Below are positions 8,090-15,463 of a stretch of 37,650 bases of DNA, in pieces. The stretch's first letter is position 1. Every line of letters starts with the position of its first letter. The position numbers and the translations under genes are program-made. The notes under the pieces are model-generated. The model was not told where the DNA came from, ran no database searches, and saw nothing but the letters and a program-made list of their open reading frames with translations. Source of the stretch: a virus. The stretch lies in the IMG/VR virus record IMGVR_UViG_3300045988_143600; one strand, given 5' to 3'.

Positions 8090-8267
8090 TCGAATTTTTA
8101 GTTCCTATATTCCCGTATAAAATATGGAAATTTTTCAATGAGATTTTTCAATTGAACATTCAAACTATTTTATAAACGTTATAGCTTTAAAATGCGTAAA
8201 TACGCTGTTTTGTGACAATTTTAAAATTTGAAAACAGTTCTAAAACGTTCTAAAAAGGTAAAATTTA

Positions 8268-8316
8268 AAGGTCTTAAAATGCTTTTAAAATTGCATTTTA
8301 AGACCTTATTTTTTTG
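8268..8316 (+). terminator. Rho-independent terminator-like hairpin inside the phage left arm
   Basis: 15-bp perfect stem AAGGTCTTAAAATGC / GCATTTTAAGACCTT with a 10-nt loop, followed by ATTTTTTT. Confidence 0.6.
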
Positions 8317-8420
8317 ACATTCAATTTTCTTATCCGCAAAGCACGTCAACTTTTTGCATATTCAAACCGCCGCATTTGCGCCACTTTCGTGGGTTTTCTA
8401 TGCTAATTCCGAGTTATTCC

Positions 8421-8459
8421 GCATTTTTGCGTTTTTCGGATTTTGCGTGGCGAGCAACA
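8421..8459. repeat. Mu-like left terminal inverted repeat with sub-terminal TTTTGCG motifs
   Basis: The reverse complement reads TGTTGCTCGCCACGCAAAATCCGAAAAACGCAAAAATGC, which matches the right end at 23 of the first 29 positions. It ends in CA on the plus strand. Confidence 0.75.
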
Positions 8460-8667
8460 TCCTCGTGCCTTTAAATTTGTGATAATAAACATAAGATAAA
8501 CAGATACTTACCCGGTGGCTTCTTTAGTGCCAAAACTCTAAGAAAGTTTCATAGAGTGCTACCTATTATGCACACGTTCACGGCTACTACCTACCATTCG
8601 AGACTTTTCCGTTTCAGGCTGTCGTCATTCACCGATTTAATCGTAGTTATCTTTATGTTCGAGGACT

Positions 8668-8747
8668 TAGTACAATAATGTACTACCGACATATATAATA
8701 TACCCCATTTTTGTACTATTGTCAATAGAACAATTATGTACTATGAT
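8668..8747 (+). promoter_or_regulatory. Promoter/operator region of the XRE repressor gene
   Basis: Palindrome TAGTACAATAATGTACTA at 8668-8685. Near-palindrome TTGTACTATTG-T-CAATAGAACAA at 8711-8733, overlapping a TTGTCA -35 (8719-8724). After a 17-nt spacer comes TATGAT (8742-8747). A further TGTACTA lies at 8737-8743. Confidence 0.55.
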
Positions 8748-8777
8748 ATAATTTGTATAAATAAACAAATAAGTGAG

Positions 8778-9083
8778 GTGATTTTTATTAATTATTATCA
8801 AAGACTTAGAGATTTAAGAGAGGATATGGAACTAAATCAAAGCATGATAGCGAAAATTCTTGACACTTCTCAAAAGCAATATAGTAGGTGGGAAACAGGT
8901 GAATATCCTATCCCATTTGAAAAAGTTATACAGTTAGCAAAATTTTATAAAGTGAGTATTGATTATATAGCAGGACTGACGAATGACAAAAGGGGAATAG
9001 GCTACAAAGCAGACAGTAACAGCAAATACAACATAACACAGCAGAATAATAATAGCGCTGTTGTAAAAATTAAGGAGAAATAA
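8778..9083 (+). CDS. XRE-family HTH repressor of the inovirus-like element
   Basis: NYYQRLRDLREDMELNQSMIAKILDTSQKQYSRWETGEYPIPFEKVIQLAKFYKVSIDYI is a canonical HTH_3 domain. The start is uncertain. The ATG at 8736 lies upstream of the predicted -10. GTG at 8778 or ATT at 8787, after a GTGAGGTGA RBS, is more plausible. Confidence 0.7.
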   Translation: MIFINYYQRLRDLREDMELNQSMIAKILDTSQKQYSRWETGEYPIPFEKVIQLAKFYKVSIDYIAGLTNDKRGIGYKADSNSKYNITQQNNNSAVVKIKEK

Positions 9084-9317
9084 ATGTTTGGTTTAGACAA
9101 GACTTTAGCATATATACTTATAGGACGAATTATCATAGATGCGTTAATCTTTTTGCTTATTATTTATCTAATCTGCAAATTTCTTGACCTTTGCAAAACT
9201 GTTAATGATCTTTCAAAGAGGAACAAGGAGCAAACGGAACTATTGAAACAGCAGAATGAAACGCTTGTGAAACTAGGGCAAATCATCATAAAGATAAACC
9301 AAGACAAAGACGGATAA
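9084..9317 (+). CDS. Small membrane protein with C-terminal coiled coil
   Basis: TM segment LAYILIGRIIIDALIFLLIIYLI. Translationally coupled to the XRE gene (TAAATG). Confidence 0.55.
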   Translation: MFGLDKTLAYILIGRIIIDALIFLLIIYLICKFLDLCKTVNDLSKRNKEQTELLKQQNETLVKLGQIIIKINQDKDG

Positions 9318-9329
9318 CAAATCACAATC

Positions 9330-9698
9330 CACACTTCAAGCCGTCGCCTAAACGGCGAGGATACAAAGTGCTGACCACTACGGATTAAAGTTGAGAAGCG
9401 GTGCTTGTTTGTAGCTCCGATATGACACAATCAGAACAAAGGGAACGCACAGCCTTGCGACAGTGTGCAGACCTGCACCCCAGAGGTGGGCGCGTGGCGA
9501 TGTCACACAAAGTTTTTCACTGCGTTCAAAACTTTGGCGACCGCCACTCAGGCAGGGGGCAGGCAAGGCGCACAGCACAGCTTTGTGCGCCCTGCACCCT
9601 CAACATTTAATGCTTCGGACATAAAAAACGCCCTGCGCACTTCGTGCGTGGGCTTGGGGTGGTAGAGGTCGTCGGTTCAAATCCGGTCACTCCGACCA
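9330..9698 (+). ncRNA. GC-rich structured non-coding island (candidate ncRNA or host-derived att arm)
   Basis: Nested perfect helices at 9494-9499/9542-9547, 9508-9516/9528-9536 and 9567-9574/9584-9591. A UUCG-type capped stem at 9632-9652 has G-U pairs valid only on the plus strand. CTGCACCC is repeated at 9473-9480 and 9592-9599. No convincing ORF is present. Confidence 0.3.
9655..9698 (+). other. tRNA-like 3' fragment / minihelix (T-arm, acceptor 3' strand, discriminator, CCA)
   Basis: GTCGG-TTCAAAT-CCGGT (T-arm) followed by CACTCCG-A-CCA. TGGGGTG at 9655-9661 can pair with the acceptor 3' strand. No D arm or anticodon arm is present, so this is not an intact tRNA. Confidence 0.45.
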
Positions 9699-9707
9699 AT
9701 ATGTAAA

Positions 9708-9742
9708 AACGGCTTTCCGCTATTGTGGAGAGCCGTTTTTTT
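9708..9742 (+). terminator. Rho-independent terminator directly after the tRNA-like CCA end
   Basis: 11-bp stem AACGGCTTTCC / GGAGAGCCGTT (one G-U pair) with an 8-nt loop, followed by a T-run. Confidence 0.75.
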
Positions 9743-9777
9743 AGTTGAATAGTGCTAAAGATTTTCACAAGTAAATA

Positions 9778-9948
9778 TTAATCATCATAACAAGGTACAG
9801 AGCAATTCTCACAAGCAGGAGAATCTGTAAGATAAAATATACATTCCTCACAGTGGGCATAACAACAACAGTTATCATAATCGCATACCTTATCGGCACA
9901 TTCGCCATGGTCAGTATTTTCTTTACACCAAAAATTAAACTCTTTCAT
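9778..9948 (-). CDS. Cys-rich small protein (56 aa)
   Basis: MKEFNFWCKENTDHGECADKVCDYDNCCCYAHCEECIFYLTDSPACENCSVPCYDD. AAAGGAG RBS precedes the ATG at 9948. It resembles the ORF at 1900..2064. Confidence 0.5.
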   Translation of the reverse strand: MKEFNFWCKENTDHGECADKVCDYDNCCCYAHCEECIFYLTDSPACENCSVPCYDD

Positions 9949-10000
9949 TTTAAAAGCTCCTTTATTATTCAAATTTGAGATTATTCACAGCTTTGCACAT
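9943..10000. repeat. 58-bp direct repeat, copy A (partner at 10202..10259, 2 mismatches)
   Basis: TTTCATTTTAAAAGCTCCTTTATTATTCAAATTTGAGATTATTCACAGCTTTGCACAT. It duplicates the last codons of the integrase gene plus the RBS and start of the next ORF. Confidence 0.9.
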
Positions 10001-10207
10001 TCAGAAATCATTTTGAGAAAAACGCTCCTTGAGTTTTTTACGATTGACGATATACAACTCAGACAGGCTACACATTGAATTCATCAGAAGTCGACGTAAT
10101 TCATCCATATCAGCAGTAACGCACATACGATTTATAGAACCTTCGAGCAAATCAGCGAGATTCATAGTTTCTTTATGTTTTTGCTCCGTATAAAATTTAC
10201 TTTTCAT
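10001..10207 (-). CDS. Hypothetical small protein (68 aa)
   Basis: This ORF lies between the two 58-bp repeats. It has the same RBS and MK start context as 9778..9948. Confidence 0.45.
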   Translation of the reverse strand: MKSKFYTEQKHKETMNLADLLEGSINRMCVTADMDELRRLLMNSMCSLSELYIVNRKKLKERFSQNDF

Positions 10208-10259
10208 TTTAAAAACTCCTTTATTATTCAAATTTGAGATTATTCACAGCCTTGCACAT
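10202..10259. repeat. 58-bp direct repeat, copy B
   Basis: Partner of 9943..10000. Covers the integrase 3' end (…CKAVNNLKFE stop). Confidence 0.9.
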
Positions 10260-11114
10260 CTGATTAAAATTGCTATGTACATAACGCTGGGTAGTTGTTA
10301 TATCAACGTGTCCGAGCAATGCTCTAAGGGTTTCAATATCTGCACCGCACTGAATAAGATACGTAGCATAGCTATGTCTAAGCTTGTGCGGGGTGAGATA
10401 CTGTAAATCAGGATACTTTGTTTTTTGTTGCTCATAGAACGTTCTATAGAGCCTGTTATAACGTCTAAGAGATATTACTGTATGCGTTATAGGTGAAACG
10501 AACAGAAAGCCGTCTGAAACGTCCTGAGAGCGTATCTGATGAAGAATAGCTATTGCATTACTATGCAAGGGGATAAGCCTATCACGGCGAGATTTTGTGG
10601 TCTGTACAATCCTATCACCGCATGAAGTATGTACGAGTGTCTGACAAACTTTAAGATATCTGTTATCAAGGTCAATGTTATCCCAACTAAGAGCGAGAAG
10701 TTCACCACGGCGGAGACCTGTCTACAAGTCAAGCTGAAACATTCTGCAAACTCTACTATCATCATCAAAGAGATGTACGAGATTATCGGGGCTAAAATAT
10801 TCAGCTTCTTTTTTTATACGTTTTGGAGGTTTAATATAGTCGCAAGGGTTTTTGTCACAATAACCATTAACTATAGCTTCACGGAATACACGTTTAAGTA
10901 AGAAATATGAACGTCTTTGGCGGTCATTACTGTAAGATAGGGTGGATTTAAGACAATTCTGAATATCAATAGGCTTTACGCTCAGAAGCTCCATATCGGC
11001 TATATAACCGAAGTGTTTTTGATTTATATAGTAATAGTCCTTATAGCAATCATAGGCTATCACATCAACGCAGTATGCGTTATAGAACATCTCAAACCAT
11101 TCTTTAAAAATCAT
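10224..11114 (-). pseudogene. int: Tyrosine recombinase/integrase interrupted by a single in-frame TAG (10719..10721)
   Basis: The two track ORFs, 10722..11114 and 10224..10568, are in the same frame. Reading through gives ...MFQLDL*TGLRRGELLALSWDNIDL...HKLRHSYATYLIQCGADIETLRALLGHVDITTTQRYVH, which contains the R...HxxR...Y catalytic signature. Confidence 0.75.
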
Positions 11115-12112
11115 AGGACATCATCATTTCCATTCTCTTTAAGATATTGAAGTATATCATTGCAGTTCTTTTCGACTTGACTTGAAAAGGTGAAACTACT
11201 TTCATACTGATAACAGACATTAGCACGAGGGGGAGAAACTATCGGCAAATCGTCTTTAAAGTCTGAATTGCAAAAGATCTCTTTAGTTTTGCGGACAATG
11301 TTCTTGCTACTCCAGAAGAATTTGCCGAATATCTTCTTTACGTCCTTTGTTATGTACTTAGTGACATAGAAAGCTAAATTAGACATTTGTCCGTAAGTCT
11401 GAATAGCGGTTGAGAAACCATAACGCCAATCAGACACGTTATACACAACAGGCAAATCAGATATATCACAGCCGAGTTTATCACATATATGCAGGCGCTT
11501 TATAGTATCTATTTTAAGGGGCTTGTCATGACCCTTAACAAGACGTGTACCACTATCAACGAACTTAAAGTCACAATCGTTTATAAGGGCGTGGCAATGT
11601 ATACCGCCTTTTTTGTGATACTCAGGAACTAAGATATATTTAAGCCCTTTTCTACTAACTGCATTTTCAAGCCATTTTTTCAAAGGCTTTATGACTTCTT
11701 TAGGGTTTGTGCGGTCAAGGTTATCGCCATTAAAGGTAATAGTAAGGAAGTATTTCCAATCATTTTGATAAACTATATCAAAGATACTTTGCTTTGCTCT
11801 TTGAACACTATCGGAACGAACTTCACCGCTTTGTGACTGCTTATCTTTAAACTTACGAGTATCAAGCATATCAAGCATTATGTTTCCGTTTTCGTCCTCA
11901 TACTCAAAATAACATATGTAATTTTCACGAGCCGTTTTAAGTTGCTCTTGTCTTGAACGTTCGTCAATACTATGCTCATGCTTGCAGTGATACTCAAATG
12001 CAGGGTCTTTAAATATGTGTCGATCAGAACGTGTTATAGTGTAACTGCCGTCACGATATTCCTTTATCTTTGTATTGCACTTGACCTCTTTAGAAGACAT
12101 TTTTAGGGACAT
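11111..12112 (-). CDS. HUH rolling-circle replication initiator (Rep)
   Basis: Motif 1 is FLTITF, motif 2 (HUH) is GGIHCHALI and motif 3 is YVTKYITK. GGGAG RBS. Confidence 0.75.
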   Translation of the reverse strand: MSLKMSSKEVKCNTKIKEYRDGSYTITRSDRHIFKDPAFEYHCKHEHSIDERSRQEQLKTARENYICYFEYEDENGNIMLDMLDTRKFKDKQSQSGEVRSDSVQRAKQSIFDIVYQNDWKYFLTITFNGDNLDRTNPKEVIKPLKKWLENAVSRKGLKYILVPEYHKKGGIHCHALINDCDFKFVDSGTRLVKGHDKPLKIDTIKRLHICDKLGCDISDLPVVYNVSDWRYGFSTAIQTYGQMSNLAFYVTKYITKDVKKIFGKFFWSSKNIVRKTKEIFCNSDFKDDLPIVSPPRANVCYQYESSFTFSSQVEKNCNDILQYLKENGNDDVL

Positions 12113-12148
12113 TTATATCAACTCCCATTTATTAGGTGAGTGCTTTTT

Positions 12149-12223
12149 GTGGCTAATATCAAGTAATAGCCACACGCACCGCAGGGCGGCGCAAGCGCTC
12201 GCCCCTGCGGTCGCTCGTGGCTA
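12149..12223. promoter_or_regulatory. GC-rich hairpin cluster, candidate rolling-circle origin or packaging hairpin
   Basis: Alternative stems TGTGGCTA (12149-12156) / TAGCCACA (12167-12174) and TAGCCAC (12167-12173) / GTGGCTA (12217-12223). The second pair encloses CCGCAGGG (12179-12186) / CCCTGCGG (12203-12210). This is the only GC-rich stretch in an AT-rich element, and it lies between the Zot-like stop and the Rep start. Confidence 0.5.
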
Positions 12224-13015
12224 TACGCCACGCCTTTTTCGCAGGTTTCTGCTTGTCTTTCTATCGTGCATGATGTCACTTGTGACATCTACTCCACGAT
12301 TGGCAAGTATTTCCGTGTCGCTGATGTACTCCTTATCAAGCATATTATCTACAAGCTGAGAAGTATCATATAGCTGTCGACTCTGATTAGTCTGCAAATA
12401 CAAACGGCTGTAAAGCTTTTTCGGCATATATGACTTATTCTCCGTATACGCTTCATACTCGTCTATATCATAGGTTTTAACCTTAATAAGACGTGTATAA
12501 GGGTGATGGAATGTAGCACGGCACGTTGACACTGTAGCCGTTATATCTCGTATCTGTTTATCAAGTAGATTAAATCGTTGCACTGTAGCAAGTATCATCA
12601 TTTTGCGCTTTCTACATTGACAAAGGTGCTGAAAAAGCGGTTTAGAGACGGCTCTTTTACCACCTGAGAAATCTCGTGAATTGAAGATAGTGCCTATCTC
12701 ATCAATTACGACTATACAATTCTTAGGAGCGTGCAGGATATCTTGTGCGGAATTAAGCTTATAAATATTCGTCCACTCAGGGAAGTTTTGAAGATTGATA
12801 TTTGTAAGTATAGACAACTGAGGATAACGCACGCAATAGTTATATGCTATCTGAGCAAGGGTTGAGGTTTTACCTGTTCCGAATTTACCGGTATAAAGAT
12901 GTATGCCCCAACCTTGAAAGATAGCGGAATTATTGAAGTATGCACCAAAAAGGTGGTCATATACCTCATAGGTGATAAAGGGCGGTATTTGTTTTATGTA
13001 GTCAAATATAATCAT
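12221..13015 (-). CDS. pI/Zot-like P-loop morphogenesis ATPase
   Basis: Walker A is GKFGTGKTS and Walker B is CIVVIDEIG. Size and position after the small TM genes are as in inoviruses. No clear C-terminal TM segment was seen, so the assignment is by family resemblance and context. Confidence 0.6.
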   Translation of the reverse strand: MIIFDYIKQIPPFITYEVYDHLFGAYFNNSAIFQGWGIHLYTGKFGTGKTSTLAQIAYNYCVRYPQLSILTNINLQNFPEWTNIYKLNSAQDILHAPKNCIVVIDEIGTIFNSRDFSGGKRAVSKPLFQHLCQCRKRKMMILATVQRFNLLDKQIRDITATVSTCRATFHHPYTRLIKVKTYDIDEYEAYTENKSYMPKKLYSRLYLQTNQSRQLYDTSQLVDNMLDKEYISDTEILANRGVDVTSDIMHDRKTSRNLRKRRGV

Positions 13016-13025
13016 AACAAATCAC

Positions 13026-13235
13026 CTACACAGCACTTGCACAACGTGTCATGCGTATCATCACATTATAAAAGAACTTGCAGAAGATACAAAGCATAAC
13101 CACAGCGAATATAAATGCCATGCCGAGGAGCAAAGCGTCATATCTATTCATGACTTCTTGCGAGAGATCACAGCCCATTGACTTCAAAAGCTGAAAAAAT
13201 GGGTTATTTTCATCAAACACTATGTGTACTTTCAT
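13026..13235 (-). CDS. Small membrane protein
   Basis: 69 aa, with the TM segment ALLLGMAFIFAVVMLCIFCKFF. Confidence 0.45.
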   Translation of the reverse strand: MKVHIVFDENNPFFQLLKSMGCDLSQEVMNRYDALLLGMAFIFAVVMLCIFCKFFYNVMIRMTRCASAV

Positions 13236-13449
13236 TATCGTTCACCTCACAATCATCAGTTTCAACCGCAGGAACGGCTTTTATTTCAACATCTTCACCG
13301 AACATAAGAAACTCTATAAGCTGTTTTCTGTTTCCGCTGAACTCATGTTCAGCTTTAAAGTTTCTAAGGTCAGTGAAGAAACCTATAACACCGCTTATAG
13401 TACAAACCATAAAGCAGACAACGAGTATAAACAAAACCAAGTTAAGCAT
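13213..13449 (-). CDS. Small membrane protein (78 aa from ATG 13449)
   Basis: A strong AGGAGG RBS precedes MLNLVLFILVVCFMVCTISGVIGFF. Confidence 0.5.
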   Translation of the reverse strand: MLNLVLFILVVCFMVCTISGVIGFFTDLRNFKAEHEFSGNRKQLIEFLMFGEDVEIKAVPAVETDDCEVNDNESTHSV

Positions 13450-13453
13450 TTTT

Positions 13454-13528
13454 CTACCTCCTAACGAGCCATACAAGAGAAAGGACCATAAGAGCAACGA
13501 GGACAAATAAAACAATATTTACTAACAT
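13454..13528 (-). CDS. Tiny hydrophobic peptide (24 aa), pVII/pIX-like by size only
   Basis: Hand translation gives MLVNIVLFVLVALMVLSLVWLVRR. It is tightly packed between neighbouring ORFs and is too short for confident calling. Confidence 0.3.
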   Translation of the reverse strand: MLVNIVLFVLVALMVLSLVWLVRR

Positions 13529-13535
13529 AATAAAC

Positions 13536-13700
13536 CTACTTTCTAAGCATAAAATATAATAAAGTCAAGCTGATTGATAAAAGCATACCGCCTATAATAG
13601 CCGAACCGAGAGTAAAACTGTATTTGCCAAATGGAAACGTATAAGACATACAGTTCATCAGGAATTTAAAAACTAATTCAATACCATGTATTATATCCAT
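13536..13700 (-). CDS. Small membrane protein (54 aa), pVI-like position
   Basis: Hand translation gives MDIIHGIELVFKFLMNCMSYTFPFGKYSFTLGSAIIGGMLLSISLTLLYFMLRK. The GAGGTGA RBS overlaps the stop of the pIII-like gene. Confidence 0.45.
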   Translation of the reverse strand: MDIIHGIELVFKFLMNCMSYTFPFGKYSFTLGSAIIGGMLLSISLTLLYFMLRK

Positions 13701-13708
13701 AATTCACC

Positions 13709-15463
13709 TCACGTAGGTAAAACAAGCTTGATAAGCGCAATAGCTAAGAACAGCACAAACCATGCAGAGAACACAGCATAAAACCATGACGGCAAACAAG
13801 AAAGAGCGGCGGTGAGAAAATCCCAATATGTACCCGTTGTACTGAATATAGATTTTATATCCGTGAAATCAACAGAGCCGAAATTTGCATTAATTTTTTT
13901 CTTATCAAGATATTTGTTATAATCATCAGGTTGCATATATGAACCATCATTTATAACACCATCTGAACCCTTAGCAAGGTCAACGTCAGTGACCTTTGAC
14001 GGCGGTATATTACACAAGTCTTTAAGCTTTGTAGTCGAGGGATTATAAGTATTTCCGTCCTTGTCTTTATATACTTTAGGTACATAATCAGGAAACTTCT
14101 CATAAGAGAAAGGGTCTGAAATAACAGAATAAACACGATAAGCCTTGAATGTTTCAGGCTTGCCTGTTTCTTCATCAACGGACTTTACAAAATCATCAAT
14201 CTTCTCACACGTCTTAAGGTTTGTAAAATCTTCTTGATAGGCATACGAGCCGAGCCACGTTGAAGAATTTGTATCTTCTGTTTTTTCACCATTCTGAGGA
14301 GTAACATGACCGTTATTCTTTACAAATACACCGATAACATTAACATAAAGCTTGCTATCATCAGTAAGACCATGTGTTTTATAATCAATAGAAGTGAGAT
14401 CAAAAGATACAGTAATCTTGCCGTCACGAGGAATAGTATAAATAGGCGTTCGACCTTGATATAATGTTAAATACGGCTCAAAAGTATCAACAGTATCATT
14501 ACTATTCAAATCGTCAGAAGAAGAGCCGTCAGACTTAATTTTTTCATCATCTTGACCCTTGTAGTAATTGCCGTCATGGTTCATTGCATAAAGCACAACA
14601 TCTTCATCAAAGAAACGTTGTAGATCATCACCAGCGTTAAGAAGATTTTTTGAAAGACAACATAAAACGGCATAAGTGCCAGAGCCGTAAGCTTTTCCTA
14701 AGTCTTTTTCATTGAACGTTTTTAAAAACTCAGGTGAAAGCTTTATATCAAGGTTTATATTATTATTTTCAGCTGCTACAAGTCCATTTTCATCAGCATT
14801 AGCACCACCCTTTGACGGATAGTAAATTTTATTTTGCATATTCAATGAAAGTTCAGGTGTATATGTAACAGTAAACGGAGCAGGAACAACGGTGGGGTCT
14901 GTAGGGGTTACATCTTTATCAGGGTTAGACCAATCATAAACCTTAGCATTATGATAATAAACATAGGTATCAGCACCATTATCAGAATCGACACCAACGT
15001 GCATAGCAACACCGCAACTAACACTGGATATATCACCTATATTGGCAGAAAATTCAAAAAGACTAGATTGAGCTTTAAATACAAGTTGATTTTTATCATT
15101 ATAGCGATAAACATACCGATATGTTTTGTTGTCATCAGAATGACGATGATAATTTGAAATATAAAATTGTGATTGATTCAAAGTATCTATATCACCGCCG
15201 CTCAAATTAAGGTAAAATTTTTGAACAGTGTCAGGAACAAGATATATAAGAGAGTACTCTTTGCGGTTAGGCGAATAAAAGGCTATATATGAATCGGGTG
15301 TAAAACCCAAGTCAGAATTTATTTTTTTCAACGCCATATCAATAAAAAGTTTCATACCACCAGAACCATCAGACTGCTTTAAAGCGAATGCAGGAACAGC
15401 ACAACATATCATCACAACAAGTGCAGAGATCATACACAACACTTGCTTAATCTTTTTTCTCAA
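13709..15463 (-). CDS. pIII-like minor coat/adsorption protein (signal peptide plus C-terminal membrane anchor)
   Basis: The N-terminus MRKKIKQVLCMISALVVMICCAVPAFA is signal-like. The C-terminus WFYAVFSAWFVLFLAIALIKLVLPT is a membrane anchor. It is the largest ORF and follows the coat gene, as gene III does in Ff-type phages. TTG start. Confidence 0.55.
   Translation of the reverse strand: MRKKIKQVLCMISALVVMICCAVPAFALKQSDGSGGMKLFIDMALKKINSDLGFTPDSYIAFYSPNRKEYSLIYLVPDTVQKFYLNLSGGDIDTLNQSQFYISNYHRHSDDNKTYRYVYRYNDKNQLVFKAQSSLFEFSANIGDISSVSCGVAMHVGVDSDNGADTYVYYHNAKVYDWSNPDKDVTPTDPTVVPAPFTVTYTPELSLNMQNKIYYPSKGGANADENGLVAAENNNINLDIKLSPEFLKTFNEKDLGKAYGSGTYAVLCCLSKNLLNAGDDLQRFFDEDVVLYAMNHDGNYYKGQDDEKIKSDGSSSDDLNSNDTVDTFEPYLTLYQGRTPIYTIPRDGKITVSFDLTSIDYKTHGLTDDSKLYVNVIGVFVKNNGHVTPQNGEKTEDTNSSTWLGSYAYQEDFTNLKTCEKIDDFVKSVDEETGKPETFKAYRVYSVISDPFSYEKFPDYVPKVYKDKDGNTYNPSTTKLKDLCNIPPSKVTDVDLAKGSDGVINDGSYMQPDDYNKYLDKKKINANFGSVDFTDIKSIFSTTGTYWDFLTAALSCLPSWFYAVFSAWFVLFLAIALIKLVLPT

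Larger units (their letters stand above)
1..8459 (-). mobile_element. Mu-like transposable siphophage, part 1: early/regulatory region up to the left end (...GCGAGCAACA at 8459)
   Basis: Contains MuA-like, MuB-like, Mor, GemA-like and CI-like repressor genes. The terminus ends in CA at 8458-8459 and is followed by the TCCTC flank. Confidence 0.8.

Noticed and set aside
9378-9665. Several 60-90-aa ORFs on both strands in the GC-rich island
   Set aside because: They overlap one another, lack RBSs and have Arg/Cys/Pro-rich compositions typical of random GC-rich frames. The region is better explained by RNA secondary structure.
9620-9698. An intact tRNA gene ending at the CCA
   Set aside because: No 5' acceptor strand (CGGAGTG or a wobble equivalent) occurs at tRNA distance, and no D arm or anticodon arm is present. 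Only the T-arm and acceptor 3' part are recognisable.
10719-10721. Genome-wide TAG reassignment (amber recoding), as in some gut phages
   Set aside because: There is only one internal TAG in the window. TAG is also used as a normal stop by neighbouring genes of the same element (12221-12223, 13454-13456 and 13536-13538).
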